Shown one piece after another: positions 9,369 through 17,681 of a stretch of DNA of 58,369 nucleotides. The notes below the pieces were generated by a model, which was given only the letters and a program-made list of their open reading frames with translations, was not told where the DNA came from and searched no databases. The DNA comes from Chitinophagaceae bacterium (GTDB lineage: Bacteria; Bacteroidota; Bacteroidia; UKL13-3), in contig JAYVCI010000246.1 of NCBI GenBank assembly GCA_043750035.1, positions 1 to 58,369 on the forward strand, in the 5' to 3' direction. Numbering within the stretch: position 1 is the stretch's first letter; each line of letters opens with the position of its first letter. Position numbers and translations under genes: made by a program.

Positions 9369-10436
9369 TTAACTTATGCCCAATTGCTTAAGATATTTTA
9401 TATGTGACCAAAATGCTCCAGCAAAAGTTTTATTTTCTATATATATTATATTGAATTGTGTACAAGTTTCTCTCACAAATTTGTTGATGACAGGATAATG
9501 TACATGACTTATTTTGGGAAATAAATGATGCTCCACTTGGAAGTTTAATCCCCCAACAAGCCAACTAACCAATTTACTTTTTGTGGCAAAATCAGCCGTG
9601 GTTTCTACTTGGTGTATGGCCCATTCTTTTTCTATTTTGCCATCTTGCTTTTGAGCAAACGCCGTACCTTCAACTACATGAGCCAATTGGAAAACTATAT
9701 TTAATGAATAACTTAATACAAAATGCATTGCCAGAAAACATATAATACCATTTAATAATCCTAATGAATAAATGGGTATAATAATAAATATGATGGGGTT
9801 TACTATTTTAGTAATCCAAAATATGATATGTTCTTGCATGCTCATTTTTGGATACTGATAATCTCCAATTATTTTTCCAGTGAAATACGTTTTGAAATCT
9901 CCATAATATATCCAACCTATCGATGAAAAAGGATATAATACAATCCAATATAAATATTGAAAACGATGCATAAATTTTCTTTCTTGGTATTGACTAAATC
10001 TGAATAGTGGATGTTTTTCTATATCATCATCCATTCCAACTACATTGGTATAAGTATGATGCAGTACATTGTGTTTGGTTCTCCAAAAATGTGCTTCTGC
10101 ACCAATTAAGTTTGCAGAATAAGCCATGAATAAATTTAATAACTTATTCTTCGAATACCCGCCATGTGAGCCGTCGTGCATCACATTGAAACCAATTAAT
10201 GCCGAGGTAATTCCTAATAATAATGCAGCTATAATATTATATACAGGATTTAGATGTAGAGACACCATTAATGTATAAAATAATATAAACACTGGAAATA
10301 AAATAAGGGATTTGGTATATAATTTCCAATTTCCAGTTTTAGGAATTTTAGTATTTGTAAAATAATTGTTTACCTTCTCATTAATGGCATCCATGAATGG
10401 GGTTTTGCTGTTGTTGAATGTTACTTTCGGAGTCAT
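9369..10436 (-). CDS. Membrane fatty-acid desaturase (front-end-type histidine boxes)
   Basis: 355 aa with TM segments and three His boxes: HDGSH, HNVLHH and QVEHH. The third box is of the QxxHH type. Confidence 0.85.
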   Translation of the reverse strand: MTPKVTFNNSKTPFMDAINEKVNNYFTNTKIPKTGNWKLYTKSLILFPVFILFYTLMVSLHLNPVYNIIAALLLGITSALIGFNVMHDGSHGGYSKNKLLNLFMAYSANLIGAEAHFWRTKHNVLHHTYTNVVGMDDDIEKHPLFRFSQYQERKFMHRFQYLYWIVLYPFSSIGWIYYGDFKTYFTGKIIGDYQYPKMSMQEHIIFWITKIVNPIIFIIIPIYSLGLLNGIICFLAMHFVLSYSLNIVFQLAHVVEGTAFAQKQDGKIEKEWAIHQVETTADFATKSKLVSWLVGGLNFQVEHHLFPKISHVHYPVINKFVRETCTQFNIIYIENKTFAGAFWSHIKYLKQLGIS

Positions 10437-10519
10437 TTTAAATTTTATAATTGATATTTTTTATTTTATTTGCAATTATTTTTTGTTTCTTTAAATGTAA
10501 AATAAAAAATAAAAAATGT

Positions 10520-11680
10520 TTATAATGTTCCTCTCCTTGCTTGTTCTGCTTCTATGCTTTCGAATAATGCTTGAAAATTTCCTTTACCAAACGACTTGGC
10601 TCCTTTGCGTTGTATAATCTCGAAGAATAAGGTGGGACGGTCTTCTACAGGTTTTGTAAATATCTGTAATAAATATCCTTCTTCATCTCGGTCAACCATT
10701 ATTCCCCATTGTTTTAGTTCTTCCAAATCTTCTTCTATAATTCCTACTCTATCTCTTACAGTATCATAATAACTTCCCGGAACATATAAAAATTCCACAC
10801 CACGTTTACGCATTTCAGAAATAGTAAAAATAATATCATCTGTCGCAACAGCTATATGTTGGCATCCTGGACCATTATAGAAATCCAAATATTCTTCCAC
10901 CTGCGATTTCTTTTTTCCTTTTGCGGGTTCGTTAATTGGGAATTTTATATAACCATTTCCATTACTCATTACTTTGCTCATCAATGCGGTGTACTCCGTT
11001 GATATATCTTTATCGTCGAAGGTTACGAGGTTTGCAAATCCCATTACATTTCCATAGAAATCTGCCCAGGTATTCATGGTTCCTAATTCTACATTTCCTA
11101 CCATGTGGTCAATATATTTTAAACCTGTTGGTATAGGATGATATTCCGTTTCCAGTTTTTCATAACCAGGAAAAAATATGCCCTGATAATTTTTGCGTTC
11201 AATAAATATATGTACGGTATCTCCATACGTTTTTATCCCGCTACGGTGAATAGTGCCATCATCACTTATGATAGTATTCGGTTGTATATAAGGTTCTGCA
11301 CCGCGTGATACAGTTTGCTCAAAAGCATCGTAGGCATCATCCACAGTTAATGCGATTACCTTTACGCCATCGCCATGTTTAGCAAGGTGTTTGCCGATAT
11401 CACTTTCACTATCAAAAGGTGTAGTTAACACCAAACGAATTTTACCTTGTTGTAATACATAGGATGTTCTGTCACGCATACCGGTTTCCAATCCAGCATA
11501 AGCCAAATCTTGAAAACCAAAGGCTGTTTTATAATAGTGAGCAGCTTGTTTTGCATTGCCTACATACAGCTCTACATAGTCAGTGCCTTTGATGGGTAAA
11601 AAATCTTGTGCCTTGTCGAATACTTTTTTAGTTTCGGAATATTGATAGTTTTTTACTGCCGTTAAATCTAGGGTTTCCAT
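10520..11680 (-). CDS. hppD: 4-hydroxyphenylpyruvate dioxygenase
   Basis: 386 aa with two VOC-fold halves and the C-terminal motif FFEIIQRKG...FGKGNFQALFESIE. Confidence 0.9.
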   Translation of the reverse strand: METLDLTAVKNYQYSETKKVFDKAQDFLPIKGTDYVELYVGNAKQAAHYYKTAFGFQDLAYAGLETGMRDRTSYVLQQGKIRLVLTTPFDSESDIGKHLAKHGDGVKVIALTVDDAYDAFEQTVSRGAEPYIQPNTIISDDGTIHRSGIKTYGDTVHIFIERKNYQGIFFPGYEKLETEYHPIPTGLKYIDHMVGNVELGTMNTWADFYGNVMGFANLVTFDDKDISTEYTALMSKVMSNGNGYIKFPINEPAKGKKKSQVEEYLDFYNGPGCQHIAVATDDIIFTISEMRKRGVEFLYVPGSYYDTVRDRVGIIEEDLEELKQWGIMVDRDEEGYLLQIFTKPVEDRPTLFFEIIQRKGAKSFGKGNFQALFESIEAEQARRGTL

Positions 11681-11683
11681 GAT

Positions 11684-11718
11684 GTTGAGTGAAAAGTGAA
11701 AAGTGGAAAGTGGAAAGT
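11684..11718. repeat. Five tandem heptamers: GTTGAGT GAAAAGT GAAAAGT GGAAAGT GGAAAGT
   Basis: Read directly from the sequence, in the 49-nt hmgA-hppD gap. Confidence 0.85.
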
Positions 11719-11729
11719 TGTTCGCTTTC

Positions 11730-12917
11730 TTATATGTTTAATAATTCTTTTTCTTGGGGATTTTCAATCCATGATTGATAGTAGTTGGGTATTTCGATTT
11801 TATAGGCTTCAGTAGTTGTCTTTACGGGCTTAAAAGGATCTATCATCACAGCCAGTTCTTGCGTTTCTTTCTTGCCTATACTGCGTTCAATGGCACCTGG
11901 ATGTGGACCATGTGGGATACCACCCGGGTGTAGAGTAATCTGTCCTTTTTGTATATTATTGCGGCTCATAAAATCTCCATCCACATAATATAATAGTTCA
12001 TCGCTGTCGATATTACTGTGATGATAAGGAGCAGGAATTGCATCGGGATGATAATCATATAAACGTGGAACGAAAGAACATACTACAAAATTATTTGCCT
12101 GAAACTGTTGGTGTATGGGCGGTGGCATGTGTATACGACCTGTGATCGGTTCGAAATTAAATATAGAAATAGCATAGGGATAACTGCAACCATCATAGCC
12201 CACCAAATCAAATGGATGGGTACCATATATATAAGGATATATCAAGCCACTTTTTTTAATATTGATTTTGAAATCACCTTTTTCATCATGTGTTTCCATA
12301 TCTACAGGCAACTTGAAATCACGCTCGCAGAAAGGAGAATTTTCCATAAACTGTCCATACTGATTCCTGTATCTGGCTGGCGTTTCAATAGGACTGAAGG
12401 ATTCAATAAATAATAGTTTATTATCTTCGCTATCAAAATCTAATTGATAAACTGTACCACGTGGTATTATCACATAATCACCATATTCAAAAGGAATTTT
12501 CCCATACATCGTTTTTAGTTTTCCAGAACCACGGTGTATAAAAATTATTTCATCGGCATCTGCATTTTTGAAAAAATAATCCGTCATACTATTTGTGGGA
12601 GAAGCCAAACCTATATGCAAATCATCATTTACAAAAAGAACTTTTCTGCTTTGTATATAATCATCTTCAGGTTCTACCTCAAATCCCAAATAACTCCGAG
12701 CTTGCAAATTATCTTCTATATGTATTTCGGGTTTGATACTATAAGGTCGTCCATGTTCTTTCACCATAGTGGGTGGATATAAATGATATAATAAAGAGGA
12801 GATTCCAGAGAATCCTTCAGTACCGAACAATTCCTCATGATACAGGCTACCATTGGGCTGACGAAACACTATGTGACGTTTGGCTGGGATTAACCCTACT
12901 TGGCGATAAAGTGGCAT
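11730..12917 (-). CDS. hmgA: Homogentisate 1,2-dioxygenase
   Basis: Full-length HmgA-like cupin protein (HPGGIPHGPHPG, NFEPITGRIHMPPP). I moved the start to Met17 of the tracked ORF (MPLYRQVG...) because the predicted promoter (TAATTTTG at 12942..12949, minus strand) lies inside the longer ORF. Confidence 0.9.
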   Translation of the reverse strand: MPLYRQVGLIPAKRHIVFRQPNGSLYHEELFGTEGFSGISSLLYHLYPPTMVKEHGRPYSIKPEIHIEDNLQARSYLGFEVEPEDDYIQSRKVLFVNDDLHIGLASPTNSMTDYFFKNADADEIIFIHRGSGKLKTMYGKIPFEYGDYVIIPRGTVYQLDFDSEDNKLLFIESFSPIETPARYRNQYGQFMENSPFCERDFKLPVDMETHDEKGDFKINIKKSGLIYPYIYGTHPFDLVGYDGCSYPYAISIFNFEPITGRIHMPPPIHQQFQANNFVVCSFVPRLYDYHPDAIPAPYHHSNIDSDELLYYVDGDFMSRNNIQKGQITLHPGGIPHGPHPGAIERSIGKKETQELAVMIDPFKPVKTTTEAYKIEIPNYYQSWIENPQEKELLNI

Positions 12918-12973
12918 AATATGATGTATAAATTGATGGTGCAAAATTATTTGAAAATACACCAATCACTTTA

Positions 12974-12985
12974 TGATTGTTGTCA
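12974..12985. promoter_or_regulatory. Crp/Fnr-type box, one mismatch (TGATTGTTGTCA), upstream of hmgA
   Basis: The palindrome centre is 34.5 nt from the TTTG of a perfect TAnnTTTG motif (TAATTTTG, minus strand, 12942..12949). Confidence 0.5.
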
Positions 12986-13065
12986 GTTTTTAATATGATT
13001 TTAATGAGCAATGTGTGGGTTTATAGTAGTTTTAATTTGGGCACCTATTTTTATACCCAATTTTA

Positions 13066-13077
13066 TGACTACAATCA
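13066..13077. promoter_or_regulatory. Crp/Fnr-type box, one mismatch (TGACTACAATCA), upstream of the fasciclin gene
   Basis: The flanks match the nosC box (TATGAcTACAATCATA). The centre is 34.5 nt from the TTTG of a perfect TACTTTTG motif (13102..13109). Confidence 0.5.
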
Positions 13078-13134
13078 TACAAACATACTTGTACCATCCA
13101 ATACTTTTGCATCCAGTTAAACAAAACATATATT

Positions 13135-13710
13135 ATGAAAAATAATTTCCTTCTATGGATTGCAACAGGCGTACTTTTATTAAGTGTATCTTGCAACTCG
13201 GGCAACAGTGAGAACGGTACAAGGGCAAATAGCTCAGGCAATGAGTCTTCTACACTTGCAGGCCAGTCAGGTGTGAAGGATGATGTATCTGCTAAAAATA
13301 TAGTAGGAGTTGCGGTGGGCAGCAAAGACCACACTACTTTAGTTACTGCTGTGAAAGCCGCAGAACTTGTAGATGTTTTAAGCAATACTGGCCCATTCAC
13401 GGTTTTTGCACCAACCAATGCCGCATTTAACAAACTTCCCGTAGGAACTGTTGAGAGTTTATTAAAAGCAGACAAGAAGGAAGCATTGCAGGATATATTA
13501 CAATACCATGTTTCGGTAGGTGTATATCAGGCGGATGCTTTACAAGATGGACAGGTATTGGGGCAAGTGAACGGCAGCAATATTACAATCACGAAAAAAG
13601 AAGGAAAAACTATGATAAACGGAACTGCAACCATAATTGCATCAGTACCTGCCAGCAATGGCGTGATTCATATTATAGATGCGGTATTGCTGCCACCACC
13701 AGCGAAATAG
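13135..13710 (+). CDS. Fasciclin (FAS1) domain lipoprotein
   Basis: 191 aa with a lipoprotein signal (LLLSVSC) and the FAS1 motifs TVFAPTNAAF and NGVIHIIDAVLLP. Confidence 0.85.
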   Translation: MKNNFLLWIATGVLLLSVSCNSGNSENGTRANSSGNESSTLAGQSGVKDDVSAKNIVGVAVGSKDHTTLVTAVKAAELVDVLSNTGPFTVFAPTNAAFNKLPVGTVESLLKADKKEALQDILQYHVSVGVYQADALQDGQVLGQVNGSNITITKKEGKTMINGTATIIASVPASNGVIHIIDAVLLPPPAK

Positions 13711-13747
13711 TTTTTTAGTTTTTTTTGAATTAATTATTTTTTTATCG

Positions 13748-13780
13748 AAGCATGGATGAGAATTTGTTCATGCTTTTTTT
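13748..13780 (+). terminator. Rho-independent terminator of the fasciclin gene
   Basis: Stem AAGCATG / CATGCTT followed by a T-run (tgcttttttt). Confidence 0.7.
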
Positions 13781-13834
13781 GTGTAATAATTTCACTCCTT
13801 TGGAGTTTTTAATTGGTGTGAACATGGAGCAAGT

Positions 13835-14026
13835 CTGAAGGACTTGAATATGAATAACCCCCGTATCGTCCAAGAAGACGCGATACGGGGGACAGATGAA
13901 AGCTGCGAACTACAACCCTGAAGAGGTTGAATATTGCGGGACTGTTCAACTCCTTCAGAGTTGCGTTCAGCGACGCTTTTAGGTCCCTACATTTCATGTA
14001 GGGTTATTCATATTAAATCCCTTCAG
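13835..14026. other. 192-nt multi-hairpin element closed by a long-range stem (candidate ncRNA or MITE-like element)
   Basis: 13847..13860 pairs 14/14 with 14001..14014, and 13835..13841 pairs 7/7 with 14020..14026. There are four internal hairpins: 13858..13891, 13918..13958, 13963..13976 and 13985..14003. Confidence 0.6.
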
Positions 14027-14042
14027 GATTTTTGCGTTATAC

Positions 14043-14091
14043 CATTACTTAGTTCAAAATAGTCCAAAGACTATTTTGAACTTTAGTAATG
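14043..14091. other. Long AT-rich hairpin (7 + 14 bp stem, CAAA loop)
   Basis: CATTACT-TAGTTCAAAATAGTC-CAAA-GACTATTTTGAACT-TTAGTAATG. No T-run follows on either strand. Confidence 0.6.
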
Positions 14092-14279
14092 TAATGCCGA
14101 GCTAGTAGCTGTTTAGGCCACTTGCAAAAATATATTTATTGGCCTAATACACAGATGTAGTCTCGGTATAACATTTCATGATTGATTTGTTGGAATGCAA
14201 TTGAAGGGGTATATTTGCTGAATAGATTATATACTTAACAGAGACTAAAGAAAAAATACTTAATGAACAGAAAATAAAA

Positions 14280-14534
14280 GTGTATTATAAATACAATGGC
14301 CATATTGATAGGTGGGCACGGACTGGATCAAAAAATGATAAGTTAGTTATTACAGATTCTGATTGGTATACAATTGATAGTTATTTGCAAGATATTATTC
14401 TTGTTAAACGAGGTTTAGCATCTCTGGAATTTGAGAATGCATTAGATAACAATTTAGAAAATAATTGCGAGAATCAAGAAACGATTAATCAATTGATGAA
14501 ACTTGCAGAAAATATCGAGGTAGAAAAAAAATAA
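14280..14534 (+). CDS. Hypothetical small protein (uncertain)
   Basis: 84-aa ORF with a GTG start in the track. It matches no family I recognise and has an acidic C-terminus. Confidence 0.3.
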   Translation: MYYKYNGHIDRWARTGSKNDKLVITDSDWYTIDSYLQDIILVKRGLASLEFENALDNNLENNCENQETINQLMKLAENIEVEKK

Positions 14535-14539
14535 TCTAT

Positions 14540-14932
14540 TTATATAATACTTTTATTCCCCTCCCCAAACAACTTAATCTGCATTACCGTAGAAATACTC
14601 AATGCTCTTTGCTTGGCAAGTTCAGCATTTCCTCCTTTAAATAATTCATCAATGGTGGACACAAATAATTCATTCCATCGTTCGAAGTGGCTTGGTGTTA
14701 AAGGTGTAACGCGGTGCAGGTGGCGGTGGATATTCATAGGGTCGCCAGTGTAATTGCCAGTGTAGAATATCGCATTCTCCCAAAAATCGAACATGATGGG
14801 CAAATGTTTTTCCCAGTTTACTTTTGCTATATCATTAAATATATAGCCAATAACATCATCCTTTTTTACCTTGTCGTAGAAAGTAGTTATGGCAAGTTCT
14901 ATATCTTTTCTATTTTTCAAATCTTTTTTCAT
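14540..14932 (-). CDS. Group III truncated haemoglobin-like protein
   Basis: 130 aa resembling group III (Ctb/HbP-type) truncated globins (ITTFYDKVKKDDVIG...FDFWENAIF...PMNIHRHLH...HFERWNELF). It lies 18 nt downstream of nosY on the same strand. Confidence 0.7.
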   Translation of the reverse strand: MKKDLKNRKDIELAITTFYDKVKKDDVIGYIFNDIAKVNWEKHLPIMFDFWENAIFYTGNYTGDPMNIHRHLHRVTPLTPSHFERWNELFVSTIDELFKGGNAELAKQRALSISTVMQIKLFGEGNKSII

Positions 14933-14950
14933 GATAAAAATATATTAATC

Positions 14951-15718
14951 TTATAAATCTTTCCGATTGAATTTCTTGAGGGAAATGCCTAAGGGTATAA
15001 TTGCCCAGCAACATAAAATAAGTAAGGATATATTAAACCCAAATGTTGTCCCAAAAAAATCTTTGAACACGGCCCCAGTATAGCCCATCAATGCAGATAC
15101 ATCCAGTCGTAATAATATAATAATACGGCTCAGGTCAATAGGATTTAACGTACTTATTACCATCATCGGTTTTTCTAAGGGATAATCAGCAAACTGAAAA
15201 AGGAGCAGCAATACCAACCCATCAAATATGATGGCAAAATATAACCATAATAATATTGCTACACCAATACCCTTGGCTTTGTCACGAGTGGTAACTGCCG
15301 CAAGCATAGCTATGGAAACAAAAATAACCGAAAGTAATATCCCCATAAGTGTTATAATAATTCCGGTAACTGTGGGTTCGAAAAACAGAATTGGGATACC
15401 TGCACCCAATAAAAAGGCCAGGGTTAATGAAATAGATAATCCAGAGAATAAACTCAACCATATATTTTTTCTTTTCAAAGGTTGGCTCAACAGCAACTCT
15501 ATAAACTCAGAACTATTATATATATAAATGGTAGAAAAAATAATAGATATAAGTGGTACAATAAACAAAATTAGATTGAGCATACTCAGCAATCCCTTGG
15601 CATTATTGTCTTCCAAGCTAAACACACTGAACGAAACAATAAACAAAAAGAAGGTATAAGCCAATACAATCTTGTTTCGCAAAATATCTATTACTACATA
15701 TTTAATTACTTTTGTCAT
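14951..15718 (-). CDS. nosY: Nitrous-oxide reductase maturation ABC permease
   Basis: 255-aa, six-TM ABC-2-type permease. Its start overlaps the nosF stop by 4 nt. Confidence 0.8.
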   Translation of the reverse strand: MTKVIKYVVIDILRNKIVLAYTFFLFIVSFSVFSLEDNNAKGLLSMLNLILFIVPLISIIFSTIYIYNSSEFIELLLSQPLKRKNIWLSLFSGLSISLTLAFLLGAGIPILFFEPTVTGIIITLMGILLSVIFVSIAMLAAVTTRDKAKGIGVAILLWLYFAIIFDGLVLLLLFQFADYPLEKPMMVISTLNPIDLSRIIILLRLDVSALMGYTGAVFKDFFGTTFGFNISLLILCCWAIIPLGISLKKFNRKDL

Positions 15719-16440
15719 AGCTTGCTTTGCATCATAATGTGGGCAATCGCTTTTGACAATTTCTCTTCGCCCGTTTCTTTTCTCAGTTCGTCAATTGATT
15801 TATGGAATTTTAATTTCCCATCTTGCATATATACTATTTGTGTAACAATATCATCCAAGTCGCTTAAAATATGTGAGGTGATAAATACCAATTTGCCTTT
15901 TTGTTTTTCTTTGATTATCTTTTCTTTCAAAATTTCAGAAGCCAATGGATCTAAGCCAGCCGTGGGTTCATCGAGTATAAGTACATCGGCATTGAACAAA
16001 AATGCCAACGATGCACTTACTTTTTGCATAGTGCCGCCTGATAATGTTCGCATGCGTTTGCTCAGCATTGTATTCAGTTCAAATTGTTGAATGAGTTCTT
16101 CATCCAATTGTGTTTTTTCGTCTCCACGTTTTGGGATACGAATATCTTTCATCATGCCAATTATTTGCCCTATAGTCATATTGTCGGGGTAGCGGCCTAT
16201 CTGTGGCATATAGCCAATTTGTGAACGGTATTTCCAATCTTTGGCAATATTTTTCTTATTAAATAATATGATACCCTCATCTGGAACCACCATCCCCAAT
16301 ATACTTTTTATCAAGGTAGTTTTGCCGCAGCCATTAGGCCCTATCAAAGCAATGCACTCACCGCTATCGCAGGTTAAGCTAACCTGATCAAGAGCCTTGA
16401 GTTTGCCAAATCGTTTTGATATATTTTGTACAGCAATCAC
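15715..16440 (-). CDS. nosF: Nitrous-oxide reductase maturation ABC ATPase
   Basis: 241 aa with Walker A GPNGCGKTT, signature LSGGTMQKV and Walker B LILDEP. It sits in the nosD-F-Y arrangement. Confidence 0.85.
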   Translation of the reverse strand: MIAVQNISKRFGKLKALDQVSLTCDSGECIALIGPNGCGKTTLIKSILGMVVPDEGIILFNKKNIAKDWKYRSQIGYMPQIGRYPDNMTIGQIIGMMKDIRIPKRGDEKTQLDEELIQQFELNTMLSKRMRTLSGGTMQKVSASLAFLFNADVLILDEPTAGLDPLASEILKEKIIKEKQKGKLVFITSHILSDLDDIVTQIVYMQDGKLKFHKSIDELRKETGEEKLSKAIAHIMMQSKL

Positions 16441-17678
16441 AGGTGAATGGGTTTCATAAACGGGATTTCATCTTTCAAATTTTCGGGAGTAAGCGATGGT
16501 AATACCTTTTCCGTTTTATCCAAAAGTGCAACTATAATACTTCGGAATAAAATCATGGCAGGTGGATTTTTTTCAATAATCATGGAATACATACTGATAG
16601 GGCGGTAGGGCACATCCCCAATTTTATCTTTATTAATATCATAACCTTCGTATTTATCCCAATAATTACCGTTAAAAGTATTCAATACCAAAGTGCCATT
16701 TGTGCCTATATCAAATGTATTTCCAATAAAATTATTTTGAGTAACTACAACATCCATACAACTGGCCTGTATTTTTATAGCCCACCCATTGCTGTTAAAA
16801 ACATTTTTTCTCATTAGAACTCTGTTTATACCTTCCATAAATACGCCACTGGTGTTTTTATCAAAATGATTCCCTTCTATATAACTATCCGATATTTCTT
16901 TCAATAATAAACCATAAGCAGCATCTCCCCAATTTTGCTTAAAGGTATTGTTGTACATTTTTACACCGTGGGTAAACATTACAGCCACACCCGCTCCATT
17001 GTTTTCAAATACATTGGTAATATATGCATCGTTATGCGAAAACATAAAATGTAAGCCATAGCGGATATTATTTTCAGATATATTTCGCCATATAATAGCG
17101 TTGGTCACAAATTCGAAATATATTCCATCACGATGACCTTGAATGGTGTTTGCAATAATCTGCATGGTATCACATTTCCAGCAATGAATTCCATTTCCTA
17201 TTTGCTGTTCCTGTTTTCCATAGGAAATGAGTTTGTTGTTTTTTATAATGCAATTTTGGGCATACTGTGCATAGATTCCAAAAAATGTATCATCAAGTAT
17301 ATTGTTGCAAATAATTACATGGTGTGCATCATATATCTTAATACCAGCAGGATCTTCCAGTGTTGCATAACCCGAATGCTGCAACTTAAATCCCTCAACT
17401 TTTGCATAGTTTGCTTTGATAGATATTATTTCATACTTGCCCTCGCCATCAAGAATTGGATAGTTTTTCCCAATCAGTGTAATAGATTTATCTATAATTA
17501 AGTTTTTCTCGAAATAGGTGCCAGGGTTTACAATAACAGTGTCGCCCGAGTCTGATTTGTGTATAGCTTCCTTAATGGAATGAATTGCTAATTGTTTTCC
17601 TACTTGATAAGTTTTTGCATTAAGTATAGTAAAAGAACTACTTACAAAAATAATATATATGATAACCGAACGCAACAT
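16437..17678 (-). CDS. nosD: Periplasmic copper-binding beta-helix protein
   Basis: 413 aa with a signal peptide and repeated parallel beta-helix (CASH) turns (NNI..N...GI). It lies between nosL and nosF. Confidence 0.85.
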   Translation of the reverse strand: MLRSVIIYIIFVSSSFTILNAKTYQVGKQLAIHSIKEAIHKSDSGDTVIVNPGTYFEKNLIIDKSITLIGKNYPILDGEGKYEIISIKANYAKVEGFKLQHSGYATLEDPAGIKIYDAHHVIICNNILDDTFFGIYAQYAQNCIIKNNKLISYGKQEQQIGNGIHCWKCDTMQIIANTIQGHRDGIYFEFVTNAIIWRNISENNIRYGLHFMFSHNDAYITNVFENNGAGVAVMFTHGVKMYNNTFKQNWGDAAYGLLLKEISDSYIEGNHFDKNTSGVFMEGINRVLMRKNVFNSNGWAIKIQASCMDVVVTQNNFIGNTFDIGTNGTLVLNTFNGNYWDKYEGYDINKDKIGDVPYRPISMYSMIIEKNPPAMILFRSIIVALLDKTEKVLPSLTPENLKDEIPFMKPIHL

Positions 17679-17681
17679 ATT

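Noticed and set aside
12918-12965. 16-codon N-terminal extension of hmgA in the ORF track (MVYFQIILHHQFIHHI).
   Set aside because: The predicted -7 motif (12942..12949) and the Crp/Fnr-type box lie inside or upstream of it. HmgA-like sequence begins at MPLYRQVG.
13032-13475. 147-aa minus-strand ORF. Other long antisense ORFs are 51097..51714 (205 aa), 33236..33850 (204 aa), 17743..18144, 15722..16090, 20979..21350 and 32516..32869.
   Set aside because: Each lies entirely antisense to a CDS with strong family signatures (fasciclin, lipoprotein, nadA, nosL, nosF, cytochrome c, nadB). All have low-complexity, shadow-frame composition.
13858-13891. A hairpin with group II intron domain V-like architecture: a 10-bp lower stem containing CCGTAT/ATACGG, a 2-nt bulge on the 3' strand and a short upper stem.
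   Set aside because: The catalytic triad position reads CCC, not AGC/CGC, and the loop is not GNRA. There is no reverse transcriptase or maturase ORF, and no other intron domains are recognisable nearby.
13809-13997. 62-aa minus-strand ORF inside the structured 192-nt element.
   Set aside because: Its composition is driven by the palindromic DNA. It has no signal or domain features and no plausible promoter context, so it is most likely a chance frame.
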